Assembly: GCA_017407755.1 (NCBI GenBank)
Contig: JAFQVY010000015.1
Span: 6,135-70,134 of the forward strand
DNA from: Clostridia bacterium
GTDB lineage: Bacteria > Bacillota > Clostridia > Oscillospirales > Acutalibacteraceae
DNA: 64,000 nucleotides
Direction of reading: 5' to 3'
Position numbers and translations under genes: made by a program. Below the pieces are notes generated by a model. It was given only the letters and a program-made list of their open reading frames with translations. It ran no database searches and was not told the DNA's origin. Positions 54,966-64,000 of this stretch are shown piece after piece; the first letter of the stretch is position 1, and every line of letters starts with the position of its first letter.

Positions 54966-55910
54966 ATGACAAACAGAAAAGTAGCACTTATAGGCACAGG
55001 TATGGTGGGTATGAGCTTTGCTTATGCCGCTTTGAATCAGAATATTATAAACGAGCTGGTGCTCATTGATATTGACAAAAAGCGTGCCGAAGGTGAAGCC
55101 ATGGACTTAAACCACGGACTGGCTTTTTCTCATTCCAGCATGAAAATTTATGCAGGGGATTACTCTGACTGCAAAGACGCCTCTATAGCGGTAATTTGTG
55201 CAGGGGTTAATCAAAAGCCGGGGGAATCAAGGCTTCAGCTCTTGAAAAGAAATTACGAGGTTTTTCGCTCGGTGGTCAACAGTGTTACCGAAAGCGGATT
55301 CGGGGGGATTTTTCTTGTTGCCACAAATCCTGTGGACATTATGACAAGAGTAACCTATGAGCTTTCGGGCTTTAACCCCTCACGGGTCATCGGCTCAGGC
55401 ACAACCCTTGATACCGCTCGCCTCAGATACCTTTTAGGCGACTATTTTCAGGTTGACCCCAGAAATGTACATGCCTATATCATCGGCGAGCACGGGGACT
55501 CTGAATTTGTGCCGTGGAGTCAGGCAATGGTTTCCACTAAACCCATAAACAAGGTGCTTGAGGACAATCCTTATAAATTTGAACAGGAAGCTATGACGAA
55601 AATAGAAACCGAAGTAAGAGAAGCTGCACAAAAAATCATCAGTGCAAAACACGCCACCTACTATGGCATAGGTATTGCAATATGCCGAATTGTCAGGGCG
55701 ATTTTAAACGACGAAAAAACCGTTTTAACCATATCTGCACGCCTTAAAGGTGAGTACGGTCAGCGTGGGGTGTTTGTGGGCACGCCCTGTATTGTGGGCA
55801 ATCAGGGAGCAGACAGGCTGATTGAGCTTGACTTAAACGAAGATGAGCTTGAAAAGCTTTCTAAGTCCTGTCAGATTCTAAACACAGAGTACGAAGGTCT
55901 TAAAATGTAA
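54966..55910 (+). CDS. ldh: L-lactate dehydrogenase
   Basis: KVALIGTGMVGMSFAYA Rossmann motif, VICAGVNQKPGESRL and IGEHGDSEF. Confidence 0.93.
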   Translation: MTNRKVALIGTGMVGMSFAYAALNQNIINELVLIDIDKKRAEGEAMDLNHGLAFSHSSMKIYAGDYSDCKDASIAVICAGVNQKPGESRLQLLKRNYEVFRSVVNSVTESGFGGIFLVATNPVDIMTRVTYELSGFNPSRVIGSGTTLDTARLRYLLGDYFQVDPRNVHAYIIGEHGDSEFVPWSQAMVSTKPINKVLEDNPYKFEQEAMTKIETEVREAAQKIISAKHATYYGIGIAICRIVRAILNDEKTVLTISARLKGEYGQRGVFVGTPCIVGNQGADRLIELDLNEDELEKLSKSCQILNTEYEGLKM

Positions 55911-55937
55911 AAAATCCACAAAATATAGAATTTTATA

Positions 55938-55966
55938 GTTTACAAACCACAATATTTATGTTATAC
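55938..55966 (+). promoter_or_regulatory. Sigma-A-type promoter
   Basis: TTTACA, 17-nt spacer, TATACT. Confidence 0.55.
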
Positions 55967-56022
55967 TTGCTTTTGTATAGTAGATAAATGTGCAAAATAT
56001 GCCTGAATGGGGTGTAAACTTG

Positions 56023-56430
56023 ATGAAAATTTCCCGTGCAAAGATAGAAGGCTACGAATTCGCAGCTATAAAGGGCAAGTATTACGATATCAAGAACGTA
56101 AATGAAGCGATGTACGAAATCGCCGATGACGTTGAAGAGCTTTTGGACGAGCTTTCTGACAAAAACAAACGTATAAAAGAGCTTGAAAACCGTGAAAAAG
56201 ATGTTACCGAAGCACTTTTAATGGTTAAAAAGCTTTCCGAGGAAATTATCACCCGTGCAAAAAACGAAGCTGAAAAGGCAATTATGGAAAAAGCCGCCGA
56301 GGTTCTTACTCTTAAGGAGGAAATCTCTCAGCTTAAGAATTTAAGAGACAAATATAAGCAGGAGCTTTTAGAGGAAGTTAACTCTATCAGCTCAAAAACC
56401 GCTGAACTTATTAATAACGTTGGCAAATAA
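56023..56430 (+). CDS. DivIVA-domain coiled-coil protein
   Basis: N-terminal I..A.IEGYEF...KGKYYDIKNVNEAMYEIADDVEEL followed by a long coiled coil. Confidence 0.6.
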   Translation: MKISRAKIEGYEFAAIKGKYYDIKNVNEAMYEIADDVEELLDELSDKNKRIKELENREKDVTEALLMVKKLSEEIITRAKNEAEKAIMEKAAEVLTLKEEISQLKNLRDKYKQELLEEVNSISSKTAELINNVGK

Positions 56431-56435
56431 AATTA

Positions 56436-56464
56436 CTCCCACTGCAAACGCGGTGGGAGTTTTG
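56436..56464 (+). terminator. Rho-independent terminator
   Basis: CTCCCAC ... GTGGGAG followed by TTTTGCTTT. Confidence 0.7.
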
Positions 56465-56466
56465 CT

Positions 56467-56892
56467 TTAAAAGAAGCCTTTCATTGTTTTGATGTTCTGT
56501 TCTTCGGTTTTCTGAAGCTTATCTGAAAGGCTTAGAATATCGTCGTCGTTACCATCGTATTCGCCGCGGTTTTTCATAAGCTTGGTAACACCCATGGTGC
56601 TGCCCTGAATCATCATTTCGGCAATTTTGGCGGTTGAATGGTCTTTCATGGTTTTCATAGCACTGGTCATCTCAGAACCCATTTTTGCCATTGGGCTTAC
56701 ATGCTCTATCTGAGCGTTTCGTGCCTTAAGCATTTCTGCGGCTTCGCAGTAAATCTTGTCGTATTCCTTTGCCTGCACTCTGAGAGCCTCTCTCATTCTT
56801 TCATCGCGGGTATAATCCATAACCGAGTCAATACCCACCTTGCCCATTTCCGCGTTCTTTGAAATAAGATTTAAAAATTCATTATCGTTCAT
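56467..56892 (-). CDS. Hypothetical helical protein (141 aa)
   Basis: Clean ORF with an RBS. The Met/Lys-rich helical composition matches no family I recognise. Confidence 0.55.
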   Translation of the reverse strand: MNDNEFLNLISKNAEMGKVGIDSVMDYTRDERMREALRVQAKEYDKIYCEAAEMLKARNAQIEHVSPMAKMGSEMTSAMKTMKDHSTAKIAEMMIQGSTMGVTKLMKNRGEYDGNDDDILSLSDKLQKTEEQNIKTMKGFF

Positions 56893-57065
56893 AAAAATTC
56901 ACCTCTCTTTTATTATCTGCAACAACAACTTATTTATGTGACGGTTTTCGGAATTTTTATCCAATTTCCTTTTGCAGGTTGAAAAACATAATTTTTTCTG
57001 TTATTATAAAATCATATAATGGGTGATTATAGCAAAACTCACCTAAGTAAAAGCGAGGTATAAAT

Positions 57066-58373
57066 ATGGAAGATAAAAATTTGACTCCAAATGAAGAAAA
57101 CAAAGCCGCCGAAAACGAAAGCAAAGGCGGGCTTTTGGAGCTTTTCAAAAAACGTAAGGCTCTGGTAATTATTATTGCGGTAGCGGCGGTTTTAGTTGCC
57201 TGTGCCATAGCAGTTGCACTTGTGGGCATTTTAGGTGTTGACACCTCAGTGGCCACACCTGACGAGTCTACCGTAGACACCACACCTGAAACAACTGTTA
57301 TAACTACTGAAGCTCCCGGTATGGAAGACACCACCTGGCCTGACGGCACTCCTTACGAAGGAAAGCAGGACTGGAATGCATTAAAGGACATCAACACCGA
57401 CATCAAGGGTTGGATAACCTTCCACAATTCACCTATTAACTACCCTGTTCTTAAATCTGAAGAAGACGGCGTAGGCTATCAGTATTATCTGCACCGTTAC
57501 TACGACAAATCCTACGATTATGCCGGCAGTATATTTATTGACTACAGAAGCAAAAAGGGCGTTGACAGCCGCAACATTCTCACCCACGGTCACTCTATGG
57601 ACGACGGCACTATGTATATGTCGCTTATAGACTACGGCAAGTGGGAAGCAGATATGGACTTTTACAAGAAAAACCCCACCTTGTTCTTTAACACTCCCAA
57701 GGGCAACGAGCAGTGGATTGTTTTCTCTGTAATTAAGACAAACACCTTGGAAGATCACGGTGATTTCTTCAACTACCTTATGGGAGACTTTGACTCCGAC
57801 GCTCAGTTTATGAACTACGTTTATAATATGAAAATCCGCTCTATTATTGATATTCCCGTTCCCATTAACGAAGACGACCAGATTATTACTCTTTCAACCT
57901 GCTCTTACGAATACACCGATTTCAGAACCGTTGTATGTGCAAGAAAGATAAGAAATAACGAAAAGGTTACCGACTACATCAACGCCGCGAAGCCTGCCGA
58001 AAATCCTGTATGGCCTGAGGTTTACTACTACAACCACTCCGGCGAGCGTCCTGAGATAACCACCTTTAAGACAGAGCTTCAGAAGAAGAACATCAACTGG
58101 TACGACGGCAAAGGAAACCTTGAGGGCAACGAGTGGCTGGTTGCTACAACAGGCACCTCGTCCTACACAGTAACCTTTATTAACTACGACGGCTCTATCA
58201 TAAGCACCCAGACAGTACCTAAGGGCCACGCCGCAGTTGCTCCCGATGACCCTGTTAAGCCCGACTCAAACGGCTACACCTACGAATTTGTAGAGTGGTG
58301 CTATAATTTTGACAACGTTACCTGCAATATGACAATTGCACCTGTATTTGAGCCAATCTATATAGGTGAATAA
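57066..58373 (+). CDS. Class B sortase with a C-terminal Listeria-Bacteroides-type repeat extension
   Basis: N-terminal TM. Motifs DIKGWITFHNSPINYPV, THGHSM, TLSTCSYE (catalytic Cys) and VVCARK. The C-terminal ~90 aa read YTVTFINYDGSIISTQTVPKGHAAVAPDDPVKPDSNGYTYEFVEW... Confidence 0.85.
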   Translation: MEDKNLTPNEENKAAENESKGGLLELFKKRKALVIIIAVAAVLVACAIAVALVGILGVDTSVATPDESTVDTTPETTVITTEAPGMEDTTWPDGTPYEGKQDWNALKDINTDIKGWITFHNSPINYPVLKSEEDGVGYQYYLHRYYDKSYDYAGSIFIDYRSKKGVDSRNILTHGHSMDDGTMYMSLIDYGKWEADMDFYKKNPTLFFNTPKGNEQWIVFSVIKTNTLEDHGDFFNYLMGDFDSDAQFMNYVYNMKIRSIIDIPVPINEDDQIITLSTCSYEYTDFRTVVCARKIRNNEKVTDYINAAKPAENPVWPEVYYYNHSGERPEITTFKTELQKKNINWYDGKGNLEGNEWLVATTGTSSYTVTFINYDGSIISTQTVPKGHAAVAPDDPVKPDSNGYTYEFVEWCYNFDNVTCNMTIAPVFEPIYIGE

Positions 58374-58867
58374 TGAAAAACGTTGTCCTTGTGGGTATGC
58401 CAGGTTGCGGCAAAAGCACCGTTGGCGTTATCCTTGCAAAAACCTTGGGTTTAAGCTTTGTTGACACCGACCTGCTGATTTGTGCAAAAGAAGAAAGCAC
58501 CTTGCAAAATATTATCGAAACCAAGGGGCTTGAATATTTTGAAAAGGCAGAGTGCGAAGTCGGCGAAAAGCTTTCTGTAAATAACACGGTGGTTGCCACA
58601 GGCGGCTCTATGATACTTTACGAAAGCGCAATAAAAAGCCTTAAAAAAACAGCGGTAGTAGTTTACATCAACGTAAGTTTACCTGAGCTTAAAAGAAGGC
58701 TTACCAACATAAAAACAAGGGGCATTACCTTTGCAAAGGGCGAAACCTTGGAGGATATTTTTAATATCCGTACTCCCCTTTACAAAAAATATGCCGACAT
58801 CACCATAAACGCCGACGATTTTACAATCGAAGAAACCGTAACCAAATTAACAGAACTTCTCAAATAA
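58373..58867 (+). CDS. aroK: Shikimate kinase
   Basis: VVLVGMPGCGKSTVG P-loop and DTD motif. The ATG shares one nt with the sortase TAA. Confidence 0.9.
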   Translation: MKNVVLVGMPGCGKSTVGVILAKTLGLSFVDTDLLICAKEESTLQNIIETKGLEYFEKAECEVGEKLSVNNTVVATGGSMILYESAIKSLKKTAVVVYINVSLPELKRRLTNIKTRGITFAKGETLEDIFNIRTPLYKKYADITINADDFTIEETVTKLTELLK

Positions 58868-58869
58868 CA

Positions 58870-58897
58870 AAAACCCGAAGCCTTTGCTTCGGGTTTT
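58870..58897. terminator. Bidirectional terminator
   Basis: AACCCGAAGC / CTTT / GCTTCGGGTT followed by a T-run. Confidence 0.8.
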
Positions 58898-58900
58898 CTG

Positions 58901-60049
58901 TTACTCTAAGAATGAAAGTCCTGTATCGGTGCAAAAATTACTTATGCTGTAAAGAATAAGTACATCACCTATGCCTTCGCTTTCGCAAAGCTCAGACACA
59001 TTTTCCTTAAAATAGCGCATATCAATCATAACGATTTCGCCGTAATTTTCAGCCAAAAAAGGCACCAAAGCGTGAGCGTAGCTGTCTTTAATCACAAGGA
59101 GCTTACCCTGCGCCTGAGGATTTTTTATTTTAACTAAAGAATGGTTGCCGTCTAAAAATACAGGGTACATATCAGGCTCAGTCAAATGCTCTTCAAAAAA
59201 CATTGAGTCATATTCTTCTACGCTTTCGCCCTCATAAATTTCAACTGTAATACCTGAACTCTCATCACCTTGTTCCCAAAGAAGGAGCGTGTCCGGCTTT
59301 GCCAAAAAATATCCGCTGGAAGAATAGGTTGTACCGTAAAAGTCTTTGTATTCTGTCTTTTTAAAATCACTTTCTTCGGTGGGAGTATAGCCTAAAACAC
59401 CGCCAAGCTCTTTATATGCCGCAAAGGCAGCAGGCGTTGTCCAGTGGTGGTCGGTTTTGTAGTAAGGAGCTTCGCCGCTTCTATAGAAGTCCTTCATAGT
59501 CTTATGAAGGTCGCAGTAATTAACGCTTCCCTTAAGCTCTGTTTTGAGCTTAGCGAAAACCTCTGTGTCCTTATATTTTATGTGATTAAGGGGAAGCTTA
59601 TCCTCCAAAACATTGCCTGCACTTGGCACGATTGAGAGCGTAACGTTTAGTTTATCGCTGAAATTATTAATCACCTCAATGTTGGTGTCAAGCCTTGGAG
59701 TTTCATAAGGCTTTGTAATAATAAATCCGTCTTTTGCAAAATAATAATCGGAATTTGCGGTGTTGCCAAAGCTTAAATTGTAGTAAGAGTTAAAACCGAC
59801 AAAAAAACTTCTCATAGGGAAATGGTCAGAAACATAACCTGACTTACCTGCCTCGCTGTCTCCGTCAATTTCTTTTACAAGTTCACCTGAAAAGAGGTTT
59901 TTTGCACTGAAATCGGGAGTATCGGCTAAATATCTTTTTTCCATTTCGCTGAAGTCCTTTTTGGGCAAAACAAAAATCAAAATGCAAAAAGCAAAGGTAA
60001 ACACAAGGAAAACCGCCGCAGGCAAAAATTTTATAAACTTATTTTTCAA
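58901..60049 (-). CDS. DHHW-family (AlgX/AlgJ-like SGNH) extracytoplasmic acyltransferase partner
   Basis: N-terminal TM and a YYKTDHHWTT motif. It sits downstream of an MBOAT gene. Confidence 0.8.
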   Translation of the reverse strand: MKNKFIKFLPAAVFLVFTFAFCILIFVLPKKDFSEMEKRYLADTPDFSAKNLFSGELVKEIDGDSEAGKSGYVSDHFPMRSFFVGFNSYYNLSFGNTANSDYYFAKDGFIITKPYETPRLDTNIEVINNFSDKLNVTLSIVPSAGNVLEDKLPLNHIKYKDTEVFAKLKTELKGSVNYCDLHKTMKDFYRSGEAPYYKTDHHWTTPAAFAAYKELGGVLGYTPTEESDFKKTEYKDFYGTTYSSSGYFLAKPDTLLLWEQGDESSGITVEIYEGESVEEYDSMFFEEHLTEPDMYPVFLDGNHSLVKIKNPQAQGKLLVIKDSYAHALVPFLAENYGEIVMIDMRYFKENVSELCESEGIGDVLILYSISNFCTDTGLSFLE

Positions 60050-60067
60050 ATCCGGTGCCGCCTTTCC

Positions 60068-61453
60068 TTAAAATCTGAAATAAATAAAGGGGTTATAGCT
60101 TTCCGAAACAAGAGAAGCCGTGCAAAGAAGCATTATAACAATGCAAAAAGCAGTTTCAAGTAAAACGGCATATTTTGCATTCCTTACTTTCTCATAAAGC
60201 ACCTTTATCAAAGGGGTACTCAGCACACATCCTGCAAGGCAAATCGGCAAATAGCTTAGCATAACAGAAGCTTGTGCCTCGGTGGCAACTACACCCTGTG
60301 CACCGAAAAGCGAGCCTAAAAATGCAGTAAGCTCTGACATATTGTCAAAGCTGAAAATCGCCCAACCCAACATAATCAAAACAATTGAATATATGTGCCC
60401 CACGGCTTTTGGAGCTTTATTTAAAATCTTGCTTAAGAATAGCTTTTCGCAGGCTAAAATCACGAAAAAGTAAAGTCCCCACAAAACGAAATTATATGAA
60501 GCACCGTGCCAAAGCCCCGTTAAGAGCCACACAATAAAAAGATTGAAAATCTGTCTTTTAAAGCCCTTTCGGTTTCCGCCTAAGGGAATGTAAACATAAT
60601 CTCGAAACCAAGTAGAAAGTGAAATATGCCACCTGCGCCAGAATTCGGTAATTGAGCGTGAAATGTATGGGTAGTTGAAGTTTACCATAAACTCAAACCC
60701 TATCATTCTGCCCAGTCCTCTTGCCATATCGCTGTATCCCGAAAAGTCAAAGTAAATCTGCAAAGTAAGTGCCAGAAGTCCTGCCCAAGACGCCAAAACT
60801 CCAAAGCCATCGCCTGTTTCGCTGAGGTTTTTGTACATCAAAGCAAACTGATTTGCAAGAAGCACCTTTTTGCCCATACCTGCAAGGAAAAGCAAAACGC
60901 CGCTTTTAAATTTTTCTAAGGTTTCTTTTCTCTTTGTAAGCTGGGTTTCAACATCGGTATAGCGTACAATAGGGCCTGCAATAAGCTGAGGAAACAAGGT
61001 TACGTAGGTGCCCAAAACAAGAGGATTTTTCTGCACACTGCACTCTTCTCTGTATACGTCAATTGTATAAGACATCGCCTGAAAGGTATAAAAACTGATA
61101 CCGATAGGAAGCGCAGGAGCACTAAAGCTTATATTAATAAAAGGCAGTAGATTAAGGGTAGAAACAATCATTCCCGAATATTTGAAGAACACAAGAAAGC
61201 TTAAATTCAAAACCACCGAAAGTATAAGCCACAGTTTCTTTTTGCTTTGGCTTTTGCTTATAAGGTAGCCTGCTATATAGTTAATAAGTATGGTTATAAG
61301 CATCAAACTTATATACACAGGCTCGCCCCAACCGTAAAAAGCAAGGCTTACGAGAAAAAGCACAATGTTGCGGGCTTTTTTAGGCGTTACATAATAAAGC
61401 ACAAGCACCAAAGGCAAGTATATAAACCAAAAGGTAAGGCTTGAAAATACCAA
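60068..61453 (-). CDS. MBOAT-family membrane O-acyltransferase (AlgI/DltB-like)
   Basis: Multi-pass membrane protein with EFWRRWHISLSTWFRDYVYIPLGGNR. Confidence 0.9.
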   Translation of the reverse strand: MVFSSLTFWFIYLPLVLVLYYVTPKKARNIVLFLVSLAFYGWGEPVYISLMLITILINYIAGYLISKSQSKKKLWLILSVVLNLSFLVFFKYSGMIVSTLNLLPFINISFSAPALPIGISFYTFQAMSYTIDVYREECSVQKNPLVLGTYVTLFPQLIAGPIVRYTDVETQLTKRKETLEKFKSGVLLFLAGMGKKVLLANQFALMYKNLSETGDGFGVLASWAGLLALTLQIYFDFSGYSDMARGLGRMIGFEFMVNFNYPYISRSITEFWRRWHISLSTWFRDYVYIPLGGNRKGFKRQIFNLFIVWLLTGLWHGASYNFVLWGLYFFVILACEKLFLSKILNKAPKAVGHIYSIVLIMLGWAIFSFDNMSELTAFLGSLFGAQGVVATEAQASVMLSYLPICLAGCVLSTPLIKVLYEKVRNAKYAVLLETAFCIVIMLLCTASLVSESYNPFIYFRF

Positions 61454-61571
61454 GTTTTTCCCCTCTTTACTCTATTTTTCTGCAAAGACTTGACAAACTC
61501 CTTGCCTTTACATAATAATTGTTTTATTAAGCTAAGTCAATTTACAGTTTTGTATCAACTTGGAGCATAAA

Positions 61572-61904
61572 ATGAAAAATTTGCAAAAATCACGTCTTAT
61601 TCTGTTTATACTGGGGCTTGTGTTCATTATTCTGATTTTCGCAGTAAGCCTTATACCCAAAGGAATCACCAAAACACCGCGTGAAACCTTACCTGAGGGC
61701 GTACACATTCCTATAAATATAAACACCGCAGACACAGATACCCTCAGGCTTTTAGACGGCGTTGGCATAGTCACCGCCGAAAAAATAATAGCCTACCGCA
61801 CAGAATCGGGAGGCTTTGAGCAAAAAGAAGACCTGCTTAATGTAGAGGGAATCGGCGAAGAGACTTTTGAAAAAATTAAAAACTATATTGATGTAGAGGG
61901 ATAA
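61572..61904 (+). CDS. comEA: ComEA-family helix-hairpin-helix DNA-binding protein
   Basis: N-terminal TM, then NINTADTDTLRLLDGVGIVTAEKIIAYRTESGGFEQKEDLLNVEGIGEETFEKI. Confidence 0.85.
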   Translation: MKNLQKSRLILFILGLVFIILIFAVSLIPKGITKTPRETLPEGVHIPININTADTDTLRLLDGVGIVTAEKIIAYRTESGGFEQKEDLLNVEGIGEETFEKIKNYIDVEG

Positions 61905-61916
61905 TTCAGCAGAAAG

Positions 61917-63008
61917 GTGGGTATAATCGTGGCTGAAAGGAAAGCTGTAAAAAAGAAAATACTAAAAATTACGGCAGTGGTTATTGTGGCAGTTTTACTG
62001 CTTTCTTTAGGTATGCTTGCCTTAACAAAAATTATATACGGTGCGATTTTCCCCCGATTTGACCGCACCAGAATTGAAACCGCCCTTAACATAAGCTATG
62101 CTGAAATTATGGACACCTACCCTCGGCAAAGGGTTACCTTTATGTCTGAAGAAAACAGGCTTACAGGCTACATTTACGGCGAAAAAAACACCAAAGGTTT
62201 AGTCTTAATTGCTCCGGGACTTTCTGACGGAGCTGAGGACTATACCTCTCTTGCTATGGGCTTTGTAGATTTAGGGTACAGGGTTTTTACCTTTGACACC
62301 ACAGGCAGCTTTGAAAGCGAGGGCGAAAGCTCTGTAGGCTTTTCTCAGGAGGTTATAGACCTTGACAACGCCCTTCATTTTATTGAAAAAGACCCTGAGC
62401 TTAAAAAGCTTCCTCTTTTTCTTTTCGGGCACAGCCGAGGGGGATACTCAAGCGCTATGATGTGCACCACAAACCACGACATCAAGGCGATTGCCACGGC
62501 AGGAGCAGTAAACTCCCCTATGGAAATTACAATGGAATGGAGCACAAATTACGTAGGCCCTGTTGCTTTTACAGGCTATCCTGCGCTTTATGCCTACCAG
62601 GCTATGATTTTCGGCACTGATATTATGAACACAAGTGCCGCAGAGGCTCTGAGCGAAAGCGACATTCCCTCTCTCGTTATACACTGTGAAAACGACGTCA
62701 CCGTAAGCGTAGACGGCAGCAGCCTTTACGCTCACAAAGACGAAGTAGAAAACCCCAATGCAGAATTTATGCTTTATGAAAACGAAGAAAATATGGGCCA
62801 CACTCAGCTGCTTTTTACTAAAGAAGCTAACTTATACCGCGAAGACATTTTATCCGAATACGAAAACCTTTTGCTTAAATACGGCTCAGAAATCCCCGAA
62901 GACATAGAAAATTCCTTTTTAGACAGCATCGACTCACAAAAAGCCCAAGAGGCAAACTTAAACCTAATAGAATTAATAAGCGACTTTTATTTAAAAAATC
63001 TCAGCTGA
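61917..63008 (+). CDS. Alpha/beta hydrolase with an N-terminal membrane anchor
   Basis: TM helix, nucleophile elbow GHSRGG, and late Asp/His (ENDVTV, MGHTQ). The start could instead be the GTG at 61929. Confidence 0.75.
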   Translation: MGIIVAERKAVKKKILKITAVVIVAVLLLSLGMLALTKIIYGAIFPRFDRTRIETALNISYAEIMDTYPRQRVTFMSEENRLTGYIYGEKNTKGLVLIAPGLSDGAEDYTSLAMGFVDLGYRVFTFDTTGSFESEGESSVGFSQEVIDLDNALHFIEKDPELKKLPLFLFGHSRGGYSSAMMCTTNHDIKAIATAGAVNSPMEITMEWSTNYVGPVAFTGYPALYAYQAMIFGTDIMNTSAAEALSESDIPSLVIHCENDVTVSVDGSSLYAHKDEVENPNAEFMLYENEENMGHTQLLFTKEANLYREDILSEYENLLLKYGSEIPEDIENSFLDSIDSQKAQEANLNLIELISDFYLKNLS

Positions 63009-63012
63009 AAAG

Positions 63013-63047
63013 AATCGGCACCCTACAGAAGGCAGGGTGCCGATTTT
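63013..63047. terminator. Bidirectional terminator
   Basis: AATCGGCACCCT ... AGGGTGCCGATT followed by TT. Confidence 0.75.
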
Positions 63048-63067
63048 ATATGTAAACTTCCAAATTT

Positions 63068-63949
63068 TTAAAAAACTACTCTGAAAGAATAATCTTCACT
63101 TACGAAATTTTCGCCTGTAGAGCTGTCTTTTACTCTTACAGTCAGCGTATATTCCTCTTCTCTGTCGTCGGGCATATCATCAAAGGTGTAGGAATTTTCC
63201 TCTGAGTAGTCCCTTAAAACTTCGCCGTCTAAAAGAAAGGCGTATTCATAGTCACCCTTGCCGAAAATTGCTTCAGCAGTAAAGGTGATGTTATAGTCAG
63301 CCGCGTGAAATTCATAATCATTAAAAGAGCTTTGGTTTACATAAAAAGCCTTTATAACAGGCTTTTCGCTTTCATAAGGCTCTACCACAACGTATTCATA
63401 TTCTCCATTTTCCGCAGTGTAATCAAAGGCATTTATGCACTTTATTTTTACGTCATATTCTCCTGCCTCAGCAAATGTGTATGTAAAGCTTTCTTCGCTG
63501 CCCTTGTCAATAAGCTCATCGTTTACATAAAACTCAAAAGTAAAAGGCTTTGATTTATCGCCGATGCTATGAACATTTGCCGTAAAGGTAACAGGCACAC
63601 CTGCCATAGCCTTGCCTGAGTCGTAGTTTGCATAAAAGCCGTCAAAAAACACGTAGGGGAAAATCTCGCCCTCTATCCTCTCGATTTTTGCAACAGCCTT
63701 CTGAATAAGAGTAGCGTCTTTAACGGTAATTTCTTCATCATTATCGGCATCTGCCACATACTTTTGCAAAAGCACAAAGTCAGTCATTTTTGCTACATAC
63801 TTCTGAACAACTGTAGCATCTTGTATTGTTCTGTTGCCGTCAAGGTTGGCATCTCCTGCAAAAAACGGAGCAGGTACGGCAAAGATACTTATAATACCTG
63901 TAGAAAGCAAAAGCATAAAAACACAAACTAAAGAAATTATTTTTTTCAT
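63068..63949 (-). CDS. Secreted protein with an N-terminal dockerin and two Ig/PKD-like repeats
   Basis: Signal peptide, then GDANLDGNRTIQDATVVQKYVA...DADNDEEITVKDATLIQKAVA. Two similar ~85-aa beta modules follow (FTFEFYVNDELID.. / YEYAFLLDGEVLR..). Confidence 0.8.
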   Translation of the reverse strand: MKKIISLVCVFMLLLSTGIISIFAVPAPFFAGDANLDGNRTIQDATVVQKYVAKMTDFVLLQKYVADADNDEEITVKDATLIQKAVAKIERIEGEIFPYVFFDGFYANYDSGKAMAGVPVTFTANVHSIGDKSKPFTFEFYVNDELIDKGSEESFTYTFAEAGEYDVKIKCINAFDYTAENGEYEYVVVEPYESEKPVIKAFYVNQSSFNDYEFHAADYNITFTAEAIFGKGDYEYAFLLDGEVLRDYSEENSYTFDDMPDDREEEYTLTVRVKDSSTGENFVSEDYSFRVVF

Positions 63950-64000
63950 AAAGTTACCTCCTTTTTTGCTCTTTCACTTATTAGACGTAAAAATCTTAAA

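Noticed and set aside
56957-57349. 130-aa minus-strand ORF overlapping the sortase N-terminus
   Set aside because: It is antisense to a well-supported CDS. Its low-complexity Ser/Thr/Val translation mirrors the sortase linker region.

Overview
This 64-kb chromosomal window comes from a low-GC, spore-forming member of the Clostridia. A dockerin-tagged GH13 amylase and four other dockerin proteins suggest a Ruminococcus bromii-like amylosome-bearing starch degrader (inference only). The housekeeping backbone is: rimP-nusA-ylxR-ylxQ-infB-rbfA-nrnA-truB (+), an inverted rpsO-pnp pair (-), tRNA-Thr(CGU), murF, PBP1A, hom-lysC, mgtE, ldh and aroK. Main accessory observations: (1) The window opens inside an integrated element. 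Its large serine recombinase gene ends exactly where a start-less 3' half of the mother-cell sporulation regulator gene spoIIID begins, so this looks like a skin-like split gene. (2) A TetR-headed minus-strand cluster (41.6 to 33.1 kb) encodes a membrane-anchored lipocalin-like protein and two paralogous giant secreted proteins that share a ~400-aa core I do not recognise. One paralog carries a CGCGIC redox-like domain. The other carries two CBM-like modules and eight 40-41-aa Cys-rich tandem repeats, broken by an in-frame TAG. (3) Two adjacent secreted linker proteins share the extreme C-terminal motif ELPFVPA. (4) There is a LolCDE-like permease-ATPase-permease ABC system. (5) A class B sortase is fused to a Listeria-Bacteroides-type repeat. 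(6) Several structured leaders are present (rimP-nusA attenuator, rpsO leader, mgtE leader). All family assignments come from motif reading by eye; no database search was run.
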